Counted from the first letter of the stretch, positions 12,585 through 25,866 are shown. The stretch: DNA of 64,000 bases from Neoconidiobolus thromboides FSU 785 (GCA_025603075.1 MU626271.1:134785-198784); one strand, 5' to 3'. Made by a program: numbers and translations. Notes: a model not told the origin generated them from the sequence alone.

Positions 12585-13049
12585 ATGCGATTCGATATAA
12601 TATCATTGGCTTTATTTATTACACTAATTAACACTCAATTTTCGAACAATAATATCAATCCTTCCCTTAACCCTCAACTTGCTCCTAGCCCTAGACTGAG
12701 CCCCCAGAATATTAGTCCGATTTTAATTGATGACGAGCCTACAAGTACACGTAATAAGTTTCCGGTAACCACTAGCATTAGGGCATCAACAGGTTTTGGT
12801 GATATAAGGTCAACGATGGAGTTCACTTCTACTCGAACTCCAAATGGCACAAAAACTGTTTCAACTTCTAGTCGTTCCAATATGTCGAGCAGCACCTCAA
12901 GTTCAACAGATCCTAAGTCTACCACTAGTAAAGCGTTTACCAATGTATCGGTTAAAACTTATAGTTCTACAAGCAATGGACTTAAATTACAGGCTGGGTA
13001 TTTAAGTTGTTTCTTGGTTGGTATAGGTTTAGGTATTTTTTATTATTAA
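12585..13049 (+). CDS. Secreted Ser/Thr/Pro-rich protein, probably GPI-anchored cell-surface protein
   Basis: Signal peptide MRFDIISLALFITLINT, S/T-rich body, small-residue omega region (SSTSNG) then hydrophobic tail; TATAAAAG about 70 bp upstream. Confidence 0.8.
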   Translation: MRFDIISLALFITLINTQFSNNNINPSLNPQLAPSPRLSPQNISPILIDDEPTSTRNKFPVTTSIRASTGFGDIRSTMEFTSTRTPNGTKTVSTSSRSNMSSSTSSSTDPKSTTSKAFTNVSVKTYSSTSNGLKLQAGYLSCFLVGIGLGIFYY

Positions 13050-13267
13050 TTTTAATACGCTATAAACAAATCATTGTTATTTTAGTTCGTTTTTTATTCT
13101 AATTTAATACTTACTATTTAAATTACCATTGTTAGATATATATTACAACCTTACAAAGTTTAAAATACTCAATTGTTAATATAATCAGTTTTACTCTTAT
13201 TATCAAAAAATAAAATAAAATAAAATAAAATAAAATATTTAATACAGTTTTATCAGTTTTAGCATAT

Positions 13268-13365
13268 GGTGTTGTTTTTTTTGGTTTCCTTATTTTTCCA
13301 TTTTTTAAGCGCTATTTGAGCAGAAAGATTGTTAGCAAAATTCTTAAACAAAAAAACACATCCCC
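13268..13365 (-). mobile_element. 98-bp MITE copy 7 (left arm of inverted pair)
   Basis: Reverse orientation; flanks ATAT/AAAT. Confidence 0.9.
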
Positions 13366-13383
13366 AAATAATAATTAAATATT

Positions 13384-13479
13384 GGGAATGTATTTTTTGT
13401 TTAAGAATTTTGCTAACAATCTTTCTGCTCAAATAGCGCTTAAAAAATGGAAAAATAAGGAAACCAAAAGAACATCCTC
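13384..13479 (+). mobile_element. 98-bp MITE copy 8 (right arm of inverted pair)
   Basis: 18 bp from copy 7; 77 bp perfectly complementary to it. Confidence 0.9.
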
Positions 13480-15056
13480 ATACAGTGATTATTACCAAAT
13501 TAAGTTTTAAATAGCAAGTTGTTAGATTCTATTGCTCTCTAAAATAAAAATAAAAATAAAATTTATTTTCAACTTTACCAATTTGATAATTATTTTTACT
13601 TATTCTGTCATAATTAAAGGTATGATTAGTAGTTGAACGTTAAAATCAAGTCAAAAATACACATAAAAATAAATTTAAAATAAAATAATCCTTTGAACTA
13701 ATATGTAATATTATGAACATCTAAAGATCGTTGTTGAATAAAGATAATCAATTTGGCTCTAAATTACAAATCCAATTATACTGAAAAAATCATGTTTTTC
13801 AAGATGCGGATAAATATTAACTAATATTTCAACTAACGATAACATAACGTTATATCCCCTATCTTTAAATCGGGGGGAAGCTTGAGAGCTTTAAATTAAA
13901 TTGCTTTTTGTATCTTATATTCTGTTTACATACAATTTTTCATTAGTCTTTAGTTAAAAATGATTGCTTTTTAATCACTCAAAAAAACCTTAATGCTTAT
14001 TTATTGCTTCAAGTTTTCTAGAATTTCAAAAGAATTATTGATCTATTTAGCGGCTATAACCTTTATAATGAATTCAATTTTCTAAGCGATAATAAATATT
14101 TTTAAAATGATTTGTTATCTTTTACTATAAAAATTTCAGACTTTTCATTGAGCTGAGCTCTGTTACTTTAGCCATATACTAGGTTGGCATTTCTTGATGC
14201 AGTGAACTATAAGTAAAGCTAATAAAAGATAGCAGAATAGGATGTAAGAATCTAAAAAAATGTATATAGTTAGAAGGATATCCCGATTTTAACAAAATAA
14301 CAAGTTAATGTTTTAGATCCTTTATATCCAACATATTTTTCATAATATTAGGCTGGTATGATGTAGCTTTACACAAGTAGCTTAAGTAAATTTAACTATG
14401 CAAAACACAATTAAGTCATAACAACAGTTCCAAATATTCTCTAATAAAATGGTCTATTTTTATTAGTTGAATTTATTAAAACTTGTACCTGATTATTCTG
14501 AAAGTTATAAAAAGAAACTAACTTTGAAAAGAACCTTTTATAGCAACCAATGAATGACTTAATAAGTCCTTAAAATATAGAAGCTAACTCTTAATAAATT
14601 AGTATAATAGACGATATTGTGTTTATTCTATTACATGATGATATATTATTTGAATATACTATATGACAGTACATTTTATATTGTTATTAAGCTAGTATTA
14701 AATCAAGTTTGTGATAAAATTAAATTTGGTGTTAAATTGTTTGAATCTAATTGTAATCTAAAGATAGTAAACTTTCTTCCAGAGTTGAACTGGAACGTTA
14801 AATTGAGATGGGGTAAATGAAGAACTAATTCCAGCCCAAAAAGTGCAGCTTAAAAACCAATCAAAATATTCAAAACAAAGCAAAATTTCAGTTGTCCTAA
14901 AAAAGTCTCAATTTATTAATAGAATAAAGTTTTACAAGTTGGTTAGCACCATTAATCTATTTTTTAAATTTTAAAATCGTTTCTTTTTTATTTAACTTAA
15001 CGGTTAAAAAGCTATCTTTTAACTATCATCTAATTTACATCCCGCGTAAATAACCA

Positions 15057-16408
15057 ATGCCAAATCCCTCCACACCCTTACAGAATAACCCACAAGGCTC
15101 AACTAGCACTAATGGCACCCCTCCATTAATTCCTCAAATAAGGTTTGTGCCACATAATACTAGCTATGCGCGTTCCCTTCACTTTGAAGCTTTTTCAAGG
15201 GAAGTCAAAAATGGAGTAATTATTAAAGTAGGGAGATTCACTGATAAAGTTCAACCATCACTATCTAGGATTGCTTTTAAGTCTAAAGTAGTATCTAGGG
15301 CTCATGCAGAAGTTTGGACAGAAAATGGACAGGTAAAAAATCAATAGATTGAGATAGATAACAACTAAAGATAAAGAATAATTTATTCACCCTTTTTTGT
15401 TAGTTCTTTATTCGAGATACTAAGTCAAGTTCTGGTACCTTTTTAAACCAACAAAGATTGAGTCCGCCTAATCAAGAGTCACTACCTACTCCTTTAAAGG
15501 ACGGCGATATCCTTCAGTTGGGTGTTGATTATCAGGGTGGGGTACAAGGTATTATTAAGCTATTAATACTTTAAACCATTTTAAATGAGCATTTTAGATG
15601 TTTTCCGTTGTGTTAGAATTCGATTAGAAATTAATCGTACATGGCAGCATGATCAAGATAACCCATTTAGGTAATAACAAAGCTTTTAAAAAAGAGACAC
15701 CTAATTAACATAAACACTAGAAAAAAAGCATTACAAACCCTTGATGCATTAAAAGAAAATCTGAAACAAAGTGGCGCATTGGGTGCCTCAACAAGTGATC
15801 TTGAAGAATGTTGCATTTGTTTATCGGCACTTGCTCCCTTTCAAGCACTATTTGTATCCCCTTGTTGCCATACATTTCACTATAAATGTATTTATCGACT
15901 TTTGATTGACGGGCCTTCTTTTGTATGTCCACTTTGTCGTACATATGCTGACCTTGATGCTGATGTATGTACTGAAGAAATTACAGAGGCATTAGAGAAG
16001 TCATCAATTAATGGAAATTTGAATAATAATATTGAAGATAACAATAATAATAGCAATTCTTCGCCTGAACAAGCAAATGCTCAAATAGAAAATAATAATG
16101 TGCCAAGCGACAATAATAATAATGAGGAAACATCTGAACACAATCCAGCTATAGTTGAAGGAACATGGAGAAATCAAGATTTACCACCACATTTAGGGGA
16201 GATATTGACACAACATGAAGAAAATATAAATACATATTCAAATGAGATTCAAGATTGTCGTACACCAGCAAATCCTACGCCTAATTTATTTTTTTCAGAG
16301 AACCCTAATGAAGTCAACTACAATAATACAATTTCGAACAATAATGGACCCAATACTTCTTCACCCTCCTCTCTTCTTTCACCCAATTTTGGGGAAGTTA
16401 GAAATTGA
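15057..16408 (+). CDS. DMA1: FHA-RING E3 ubiquitin ligase, Dma1/Chf-like
   Basis: FHA motifs IKVGRFTD, FKSKVVSRAHAE, RDTKSSSGTFLN, LQLGVDYQGG; RING CCICL...CCHTFHYKC...CPLCR; three introns. Confidence 0.92.
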
Positions 16409-16559
16409 TAGTTTTTATTCCATTTAATTTTGTTTGAGGTTAACCAAAAATGTTTCTTTTAATCTTACTTTGAATTTTTCTATATATTTTTCACTTTTTA
16501 AATAAAATATAATTATAACTGATGTTTGTTATTTTTAATACAGTTTTATTTAATAGCAA

Positions 16560-17600
16560 TTAAAGATTAATTTGAGTAGTAATATGCGAAGGCGGAGCAT
16601 TTAGAATTTTATACCTTAATTTACAAACCTTAATAAACTCATAAGAAGCATTCAAAAAAAAACACCAACCAATAATTAATAAACAATACGATAAAATCAT
16701 CAAAGGTAACGTTAACTTACCAAATGAGGGATCAATAGGATAATAGCTAAACTTAAACCTGGAGTCAAGTCCCAGTTGGATTTGTTCCATTTTATAAAAT
16801 AGATAAAATCCATACTGTAAGAAAGTAACTCCCAAACCAGCGAGGGCAGCTTGCTTAGTGGCATGACTGAAATGAATAATATACGCAATAAAGAATCCAA
16901 TAAATTGAAAGAAAGAACCTGCAAATAGTACGAAGACAAAGCTAGTTAAAGTACCTACAGGTAATCCGTTGATAATAGGCTCGGAAGGATAGTTGGATAT
17001 CATCCTTTCTTGAAAAAAAGAAGAAAAATTAAAACTAGGTGGTGAAGGCTCAGTCAAAGCTTGGTCATAATTCGGAAGTCCCTCCACTCCGTTTTCATAT
17101 TCATAATCTTGTAATCTTTCTACAGGTTCCTCTTCTGTTTCAATTGAAACTGGAACACCTGAGCTACGCTCAGGCTTAGCGGCCATATTAAAGAATACTC
17201 CGTCATAACTTTTTACAAAGTGGGACTTCATTAATGACGGTTTTTCAATATTAGCCCTTACTTCTTCATATCTTAGTACTGTGTCTTCTTGAGAAGATTC
17301 TGACGTTTGCTGAGTTTGTGTTAAGTTGGGAAGTAAACTACTTGTTTCCAGTTCGGGTTCTTCCTGAATTTCATTAGTACGGATATTGCTTTCTATGTCG
17401 ATAATTGACAAATCCCCAGTTTCCATTACTATGTCTGAAGTCTGATTATCCCTTGATAATAGAGCATAATCGCTGTTCTCTTCAATGGGCGCGAATGGAT
17501 CACTTTGTTCCAAGTCGTTTTGGGATAACTAGTAAGTAAGATTAGATATGATATTTGTTTTGTCGCTTTAAATTACTCTTATGTATTTATTGTTCCACAT
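16560..17600 (-). CDS. BSD2: Bsd2/NDFIP-like Rsp5 adaptor membrane protein
   Basis: First exon MWNNKYIR (ATG 17600) spliced to the ORF; YDGVFFNMAAKPE, PY-like LPNYDQA/PSPPSF, GLPVGTLTSF...FQFIGFFIAYIIHFSHA...GLGVTFLQYG. Confidence 0.8.
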
Positions 17601-17936
17601 TATGATGTATTAATATCAAATTAATAAATTAATGAACTAAAAAGTAGCTTTTTATAAAATGACAAATCTAAATTTAAATTACTGCAATAGTAAAAGCTTG
17701 TTCTTGAACGCAATTGCTACAGTTCTCTTCTGACCTTATTGACCGCTTATTTAAGAATAAAGTTTTGATAAATTGTTCAAAAATTGAAATTAGGCGTTAA
17801 AAAACTAAACAAACAAATAGCTAGCTATAAAAATCACCGCAAATTAGGTCGCAATAGACCAGTAGTAGCAGTAAATTGAGCTTATTAAAAAATTTGAAAA
17901 TTCTGAAAATTGAAATCTCTTTTTAGATATTTAAAA

Positions 17937-18431
17937 ATGGTTCTAACTCTCTTACAAAAAAGTATTAAACAATATGAGACTGGATACACAAAACAAAGCG
18001 AAACGAAAAAAGAAGAAGCAAAACAAATCCTTAGAAAATTGCCAAAAGTAAAACAAGGGTTAAAGAAAGCGAAATTTATCAAAAGATATCAACATTCCCT
18101 TAGTTATATTTCTAAAAATAAAGGCCAACAAAAGAAGAAGGCACTAGGTAAATTCAAAAAAGAATGTTAAGCTATATGTTGTTAATTCGATTTTTAGATC
18201 AAATCAAAGATGAGGTCCAAAAAAAGGAGGACTATTTTGAGTTTAATAGCAATTTATTGAGTAATCCTGGTTTGAGTTATGATAAAGAGTTATCAGAATT
18301 GAAAAGAGAGGTAATGCTATAATGAAATAGAGTAGAAGGTTTGTTAATATTATTTATAGATCCTTGGTCGTGACACTATTAAAAACAAAGTTAAAATCCT
18401 GAAGAAAAAAGAAAAGAAGAGAGACGATTAA
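17937..18431 (+). CDS. Small Lys-rich basic protein, function unknown
   Basis: Two GT-AG introns join KKKAL / DQIKDEVQKKEDYFEF...ELKRE / ILGRDTIKNKVKILKKKEKKRDD*; start uncertain. Confidence 0.5.
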
Positions 18432-18754
18432 GTTATTAATATAGAATATAGAAACTCATTTGTTTTATGATTGTTTTTTAATAACTATTCACAATTTATT
18501 TTTATTGTTTTGTTAAGTTAATAGCACTTTTAATTAGAAAACGAATGATTTATGGTATTTACAAATTCATCCATTAAGCATTATTTTGTATTTTATATTT
18601 TGATTAAAATAGCGATATATAAAATATAATTAATATTAGCTAGTATTAAAAACACTGTTAGTTCCATTTATTAACAAAGAAAAAAGAATAGCGTGATCCA
18701 TTTGATCTTAAAAATAATAATAAAATATATGGACAAAGAAACTGTAGGGGAAAA

Positions 18755-20608
18755 TTAAGTAAGTATTTTGATATTATCCATCTGAGTAAGGTAAGCCGAA
18801 GCTGAAAGATCCAAAACATGCATATCCCCAAAGAACTTGACTCCATCATACCCTCCAAAGACAAATAACCTTGCGTCATGTAGAATTGTGGTATGGTAGC
18901 CCCTTGGATTAGGAAATGTTCCATACACTTTCCTAGTTTCCCAAGTCCCTTTTTCTAAAATTATAATTTAGTTTGTTATTTACTAGAATATATTAAAATC
19001 TTACGCAAATTAAGTATCATTAATTCATTAGAGTAACTTCGATTATTACGTCCTCCTAACACATAAAAATAAGGCCCGACTAGAGTAGCTGTATGCGCTA
19101 ATCTTGGAAGCCTTGAACGAATTAATAATTCCACCCAATGACGTTTTTCTATTAATTGTTTTAGTACATAAACTTTAATTCTTATATTAATATTACCTAT
19201 ATCGAACATATAAAGATCTTCAAAGCAATCAGTGCCATCTGACCCACCATATACAATAATACAATTACTTACAAGGGTAGAAGTATGGTAGCCTCTAGGT
19301 GGTGGTGCTTTGCCACTTACTTCAATTTTAGACCACATATAGTTGTTGGGGTTGCCTAAAAATAAATTTAAGTATATTCATACTTATAATGCTAATCTAG
19401 ACTACTTAAATCTAAACGATAAACGTCATTTAGAGGGTATAAACCATCACCGCCGCCAAATATATATAACGAATTATTATAGTAGCAAGCAGTATGAGCA
19501 CGACGTGGTGAAGGAACTTCACCATGAGTTGGAGGAGAATACCAAGTTGAAGTAGCTACAGTAGTAGAAATAAATTAATAATGTTATTTTTATATAACAA
19601 ATCTATTACCAGTATCTAAGATATGTAAATCGTTATAATAATTCGAGCCATTACCCCCTCCAAAAACAAATACCTTAGTTTTATCAACCAAAGTAGCTGA
19701 GTGAGCTCTACGAGGAGAAGGCGGTGTACCAGCAATTTGGGGTCTAGACCAATACATTGTATCTTTAAATCAGCTTAGTATAATTTTTAATGTTTCTAAT
19801 TAAATATTACCTGTATCAAAAACATAAACATCATTATAACATGATCGGGCATTACAGCCACCAAATAAATAAATCTGATCCCCAACCAAGGTAGTTGAAT
19901 GTGCTCTTAATGGCTTAATAGGTCGATCCCCATGTCCAGGTATTTTTCTCCAATACATAGCAGGGGCAGGAGCAGGAGGAATATCCTGAACCTGAGGAGA
20001 GCCATTACTTATAGGGCTTAAGATTGAACTAGCGGAATCTGGCTTAACTAAGTCACCATTTAAAGATTTACGATTCGGATTTTTAATACCGATTTGGACC
20101 AAACCGTTTCCAAATGATTTGGTATTAGATAGGTTAATTTTACCATCAACTGAAAACCTTGAGTTACTGCTCTTATTTTTCGTTTCAATGTTTGAGTTAT
20201 TAGCCTCTGATTCATTATTTGGCATTTGTAAGTCTAAAGATTGTAGCCTTAGACTTAATTGTGGGCTATTAATGTTACTTTTTTCTGTTTCTCCTTCTAG
20301 TTGGTCTGATATTGAGCTTTTTCTATGAATTATTGATGGTGTGTCTAATGTTAAATTACTCTTTGGTGTAGCAATGTACCTATTTAGTTCCTCTGTGGTA
20401 TCTAAATGTAAGCTAGTATTGATACTAAAACGTTAATTCAGTAAATAAATTTAAAGTTGAATTACCTTTTTGAAGTAACCATAGGTTGTTCAGATTTACC
20501 GCTTCTTTTAATTCGAAAAAAATTTAAAGTAGGTGACTTTGAGTTGAGATCGGATTGAATACTCTTTGAACGAGCAATTAAAGGGAATCCTTTTGAATTT
20601 GAAGACAT
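18755..20608 (-). CDS. Kelch-repeat protein
   Basis: Repeats RAHSTTLVGDQIYLFGG, RAHSATLVDKTKVFVFGG, PPPRGYHTSTLV, RLAHTATLV, NPRGYHTTILHDARLFVFGG; ends DLSASAYLTQMDNIKILT*. Confidence 0.9.
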
Positions 20609-21853
20609 AATTAATTATTAAATTAAAGTATTTTGTTGTTAATTAAATCTAAAGTATTATTTGGAATTAGTATAGTATTAATGTTTTTAGTATAAAATAG
20701 AAAGTAAACTTTAGTTCGATATTAGTAAGTATAATTAATTCAAATTTAAAAGTAGCCAATTATAGTTTAGTATAGGTAAGAACCAATCAATATTTTATTG
20801 TTAAATTTAATGCTTTGCTAGTGTAAGCCAATAATAAAGATAAAAAGCTGCGAGTCAATTTTAAATAAAATGCTTGAACCTCTTATTTTTATTTTATTTT
20901 AAATATTAGCTCAGCGCATATCATAAATGTTCGTCTTACTATGCTAAATCAGCTAAAAACGTTTTATTTGTTAGTAGAATTCAGCGAAAAGCAATTAAAA
21001 GGATTTTTATTTTATTCTCTTTAATGCACCTTAATTATGATCTACTTGAATATTTAAGGGTTGGAAATTAAGCCTTAAATATTTTCAGTTGAGTAAAATA
21101 GAGTATGATATTATTCTTATTAATAAAGTATCAATATTCACTATTTGTATATAACTAAATATAAATTTTATTAAGATATCAGCTGCGAATATACTTAGTA
21201 GAAAAAGTAAAGCTATATTTTTTATAATGTATATAGTAAAATTGGCCATAAAATTTAAATAAGACCCAGAAAAATTAACTATTTTAAAAAATTAAAAACT
21301 CCGAAAACCCATTTTTAGGTTAAATTTAATTATACTTCCCTGTGCTTTGACCCCATAAAGTAATAAATTAACTTTAATTTAAAACTATTATTTTTGTTAA
21401 ATATATATATATTATATATCCATTTCAAAATATAAGTGTTAAGTGTTGAATACTTAGTGATAATATGGTATTAATTGTTTTACGTTTGGACCCTGAGACC
21501 TAGTTAAGTTAGTTATATTTTATTTATAAAAAGGATTAATTCAAAAAAAAGACTGCATAATCTGTAATGGACATTTGTTTTTATAAGTTAAAAGTCTGGC
21601 CAAAACGTTTTAAGTAGAATCAGCTTACCAAACATCTGATTATCAAAAGTAAATTTAATAATGTAAAACTATTCATTTTAAATAAAATAGTTAAAATCTG
21701 TAATTCAAAAAGATAGTTTTTCATCATAAATAAATAATGTTCTTATTAGCTATTAGTAATGAAGCTTTTATAACTGGATTCTAAGTTTCTTGAAAGCCTA
21801 ACAACAGATATTTTGACTTTTGTTGAGACCAAAACATAAAAAATCTAAAATAT

Positions 21854-21949
21854 AGAGTTTTCTTGGTTTCATCACTTTTTCCATTTTTTAAGCGCTATTT
21901 AGGTAGAAAAACTAGTTAGTAAAATCCTTAAACAAAAAAACACATCCAC
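21854..21949 (-). mobile_element. 98-bp MITE copy 9
   Basis: Reverse orientation, ATAT/ATAT. Confidence 0.85.
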
Positions 21950-22007
21950 ATATGCTTAAATTATGATTTAATATTTCAAATAATTAAAACAAACTTTATT
22001 TGTATAT

Positions 22008-22106
22008 GGGAGTGTTTTTTTTGGCTTCATTACTTTTTCCGTCTTTTAAGCACTATTTAAGTAGAAAGATTGTTAGCAAAATTCTTAAACATAAAAATGC
22101 ATCCCC
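22008..22106 (-). mobile_element. 98-bp MITE copy 10
   Basis: Reverse orientation, ATAT/ATAT; 96/99 identical to copy 11. Confidence 0.92.
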
Positions 22107-22423
22107 ATATATTATTTTGAATGCAATATTATCATTATTGATAATATAACCCATTAAGCTGTACTTTGTCGATTTTTATAAAATAGAAGCTTTAATTTTA
22201 TTTAAACAGTCTGATTTAAATAAAAATAATTATCATAATGAATATTGTTATAAACAAGCTTTATTTAAATTAAACTAAATCTAGTTTGATACAAGTTTAC
22301 AAAACAACTAATTTTTAATATCTACAGTTTAACTTTTTAGAATATTTTTGATATTCTATATTTCCTAATATTAAAATAATCAAATTTAATTAAATTGATT
22401 TATATAATTATAAAAAATGATAT

Positions 22424-22522
22424 GGGGATGTATTTTTGTGTTTAAGAATTTTGCTAACAATCTTTCTATTTAAATAGTGCTTAAAAGACGGAAAAAGTAA
22501 TGAAGCCAAAAAAAACACTCCC
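22424..22522 (+). mobile_element. 98-bp MITE copy 11
   Basis: Flanks ATAT/ATGT; inverted partner of copy 10. Confidence 0.92.
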
Positions 22523-22834
22523 ATGTATAAAATTGCCAGACTTGTTTTGATTTGTTTTATTCCTCTACTAAAATCAAATATAATAACTATAGATTTTTTA
22601 ATTCTTCTAGTTATATTAATAGACTGATCTATTCTATTTTTAATAATATTTTATAGTATAGTAAATACATTGCATTATTTTAAGTTGTTGAACGATTTCA
22701 AACTTTTATTATTCAATTATTAAATTTTTTTTTTATTTCATTAATTTCCATTGTTTTAATCAGACTATGCTTTGAAATAAATTTTTTGTTTTTTTACAAT
22801 ATCTAAAAAGTATTAATAGAAATATATTACAAAC

Positions 22835-22933
22835 GGGGATGTATTTTTGGATTTAAGAATTCTACTAACAAACTTTCCGCTTAAATAGCACTTAGAAATG
22901 AAAAAAATAATGAAGTCAAAAAAAAACGCTCCC
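22835..22933 (+). mobile_element. 98-bp MITE copy 12
   Basis: Direct flanks AAAC/AAAC (informative TSD). Confidence 0.9.
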
Positions 22934-24290
22934 AAACTCTTTTAAAAGTAGAACAACTTTATTAACAAAACAATTCAAATTAACATCTTAACAATTGATG
23001 GTCACTTTAAATATTTAGCTTGTTTTTGCTATACTAAAAGCAATAATAGTACAGAAATTAAAACATTTGTTCGGACCATGTAAAATTAACTATCAATAAT
23101 AGTAAAATAGATAAACTCTTTAGAAAAATTTAAAAGTAAACACCGTAATTATTTTATCCACAATCGAAATAAATGAAGAGATGGTTTACAAGAAAATAAA
23201 ACTACAAACAAATCCTACCCCTCTGTTGGTGAATATACAAACATTTTCCACTAAAACTTCAAAGATACCTTGATAATTTCGGTTGAATAACACAAATTAC
23301 ACATAAAGTAATGTTTGATATTTAACAAAAACCGCTCTGAGTTTATTTCACTTTCTCAGGTCCCTTAAGTTAGTCAAAAGAATAGTATGGCTCACTTGCA
23401 ATTTTAACATAACTAAATAAAAGCCTTTGAACATATCATGATTAGAAAAAGGCCTTTACCGAAGCAATGAGTAACTATGAGGCCTTTTGGAAGACAAGCC
23501 GACTCTACTATTTTCTATTTCAATCTCAACATAGTCCTCAAAAAAAATTGAGCAAGCTCCTTGTAGCTTAATTAGAGTCGCCATGGAATATTTTAGCTCA
23601 TATTACTTTACCCACTTTTAATTTCAAAAATTTATTATATCAAAACCTTTATCACCTACTGTTTCCTATACATGTGACTAAATGGCTTGATTTTAAGTTG
23701 AAATATATTAATTCAAAAAAAGATTAAAATCACTTTTTATTTACCATCATCACAAATACTACTCTTACTTTTATTTAAATAATCTCTTAAGTGTCCTGAA
23801 ACATGACTATGAATATGCCTAAAAAGTTGGATCAGCTTTTTTATCTGCTAATACCTGGCTGTTATTATAAAGCCAGGATAGTAACATGAAACTCAGTTAT
23901 TTGAGTAATCTCTTCATGGATTTTTGCAATAAAAGCCTTTTTGATTCATCATTTCATATTCCTAGTATTTCGTAGCTTTGAAAGATGCAACATTACATAA
24001 ACTAAAATATCAGTTATAGCCTTATATTAGTTTTGTTTAATTATCTTGCTATGTAAACCCATAGTCAAATCTCTGCTGATCGTTATATATTTTTTGCTTC
24101 AGTTTATATTATGTTTCTATAATATGTTCTACTCCCATATAGATATCAGATTATGTCAATAGTATAGTATTTTTCGGAAAATTTTAAATGAAATATTGGG
24201 AAATCAAAAATGAAAGATGAAAACGATAAAATGAACTAAAAACGAATTTAATCTAATTTAAAAAACATATTTTTATACTATACAGAGGGA

Positions 24291-25094
24291 TTATAATGAA
24301 GAGTCAGAATCATTATGGAATTTATATTGGAATTCTAAGTCATCCATACTCATTGTTAATGGATAATTTGTTTTGTAATTAAAGTCAATATCTTCAATAT
24401 GTAAAGGTTCTTGAAACTGAGGATAGCCATAAGTATTAAGATCGTTTTGGTGCATGATATTACTATCACTGACAGGTGGATAAGAATAGGAGTAATTGTT
24501 GGGTTGTGGAGTAGTATTATTAGAATAGTCGTAGTTATAATACAATGAATTTAATGAGGAAGCATCACTGGTAGTATTAAATGAATAGCGTTGTTGATAA
24601 TTATAGTCTAAGTTACTATAACCATTATTACAATAGGCATATTGATTTGAGATCAATAAAGTAGTAGTAGGCAATCCTAAAGCGGATCTTTTAATATCTC
24701 TATCCAAGATATCATTTAACATGCGGTCATGAGGCACAGCATGAAAGTAAAATACCTTTTGTTTTTTCATGGTACGGATGCAATGATTTTTATGTAAAAA
24801 GCGTAAGAAATTAGAATGACTAAGTTCTAATTTACAGTCTAAATTTGGCTTCAGGTTCCTTAAATCACTAAAGATACCCTCCTCTAGTTTTTTTTGATTG
24901 ATAATTTGGCGACCTAATAAGCTTAGCTTGTAGTTTAACGAGCGTATGATGTCCATTCCTGTTATATAGTGTTCGCCTTCCCATTGAATGCAACTTATGC
25001 TGCTGCCGTCCAACAAGTTAAACTTTAAAATTTTGTTCTCTTGCCCATTGAATTGAAAGTGGGCTTGCTTTAGAAAATGATTGATGGCATCCAT
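24291..25094 (-). CDS. STE12: STE-domain (Ste12-like) transcription factor
   Basis: ISCIQWEGEHYITGMDIIRSL, KKLEEGIFSDLRNLKP, FLHKNHCIRTMKKQKVFY, VPHDRM; a short 5' exon may exist. Confidence 0.88.
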   Translation of the reverse strand: MDAINHFLKQAHFQFNGQENKILKFNLLDGSSISCIQWEGEHYITGMDIIRSLNYKLSLLGRQIINQKKLEEGIFSDLRNLKPNLDCKLELSHSNFLRFLHKNHCIRTMKKQKVFYFHAVPHDRMLNDILDRDIKRSALGLPTTTLLISNQYAYCNNGYSNLDYNYQQRYSFNTTSDASSLNSLYYNYDYSNNTTPQPNNYSYSYPPVSDSNIMHQNDLNTYGYPQFQEPLHIEDIDFNYKTNYPLTMSMDDLEFQYKFHNDSDSSL

Positions 25095-25448
25095 GATTGT
25101 AAGTTTAAGTCTAAATGTATGTTATTAAAAGATAATATAAACTAACAAGAATTGATTCTCTTTTTATACTTTTATGAATTGTTGGCATATCATTAGTTTT
25201 ACCTTTTTTTGTTCAGTTGTTATAATTACAACTTTACTACTACCCACCTATTACTTATATTTAATATTCTTTTTTTTTAATATTTTGTTGTTCTTTTTTG
25301 TTATTATAATTTAATTTGGTTTTACTTATCAAATTTGATGCTTCTTTTAGTATTATGTTGATCTTTTAGATGAATTTTATCTTTTATTAAATAAAATTTA
25401 ATATTTTAGTTGTGGCTAATACTATGATCGACCTCGCCTATCGACACA

Positions 25449-25468
25449 CTGAAACTCGAGCTGAAACT
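25449..25468 (+). promoter_or_regulatory. Tandem CTGAAACT direct repeat (PRE-like TGAAAC) upstream of the STE12-like gene
   Basis: CTGAAACT at 25449 and 25461; TGAAAC is the core of the yeast Ste12 site. Confidence 0.3.
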
Positions 25469-25866
25469 TAGCACATTATTGTTATTTTTAATAGTTTTTT
25501 GTAGTAATAGACTTATGTTTTCATAATAGATTAAGACATTTGACTTTTTTCACAATAAACATGTACAATAATTTAACTTATTAATACAAAATGTCGACTT
25601 TATTAAATGTTTCATTTATTTAACAACTTTATTTTGATATTAAACTAGTACTTTATTTTAGATACAAAAATAAATTGTCTTTTGCCCAAAACACTAATGA
25701 AGTGAAATACTAAGCTGTTTATACAAACAATAACATGAATAAGTTTGACATCAATTTCAATAATAAATTACATTCTATATTTATTAAATATACTCTTTTA
25801 TTAACATGAATTAAGGAAAATATTAATGATTATAAACTAGTTTTCGAAATGAAAAATTGAAGATTC

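Noticed and set aside
12674-12943. Antisense ORF over the GPI-type gene; likewise 27425-27730, 20119-20328, 32308-32499, 36896-37132, 48145-48345, 51260-51451, 63480-63668
   Set aside because: Shadow frames opposite better-supported genes.
23000-24150. Higher-complexity intergenic stretch suggestive of a TE relic (also 14100-14600, 28300-28900)
   Set aside because: All frames are interrupted, with no recognisable domain motif or second copy in the window.
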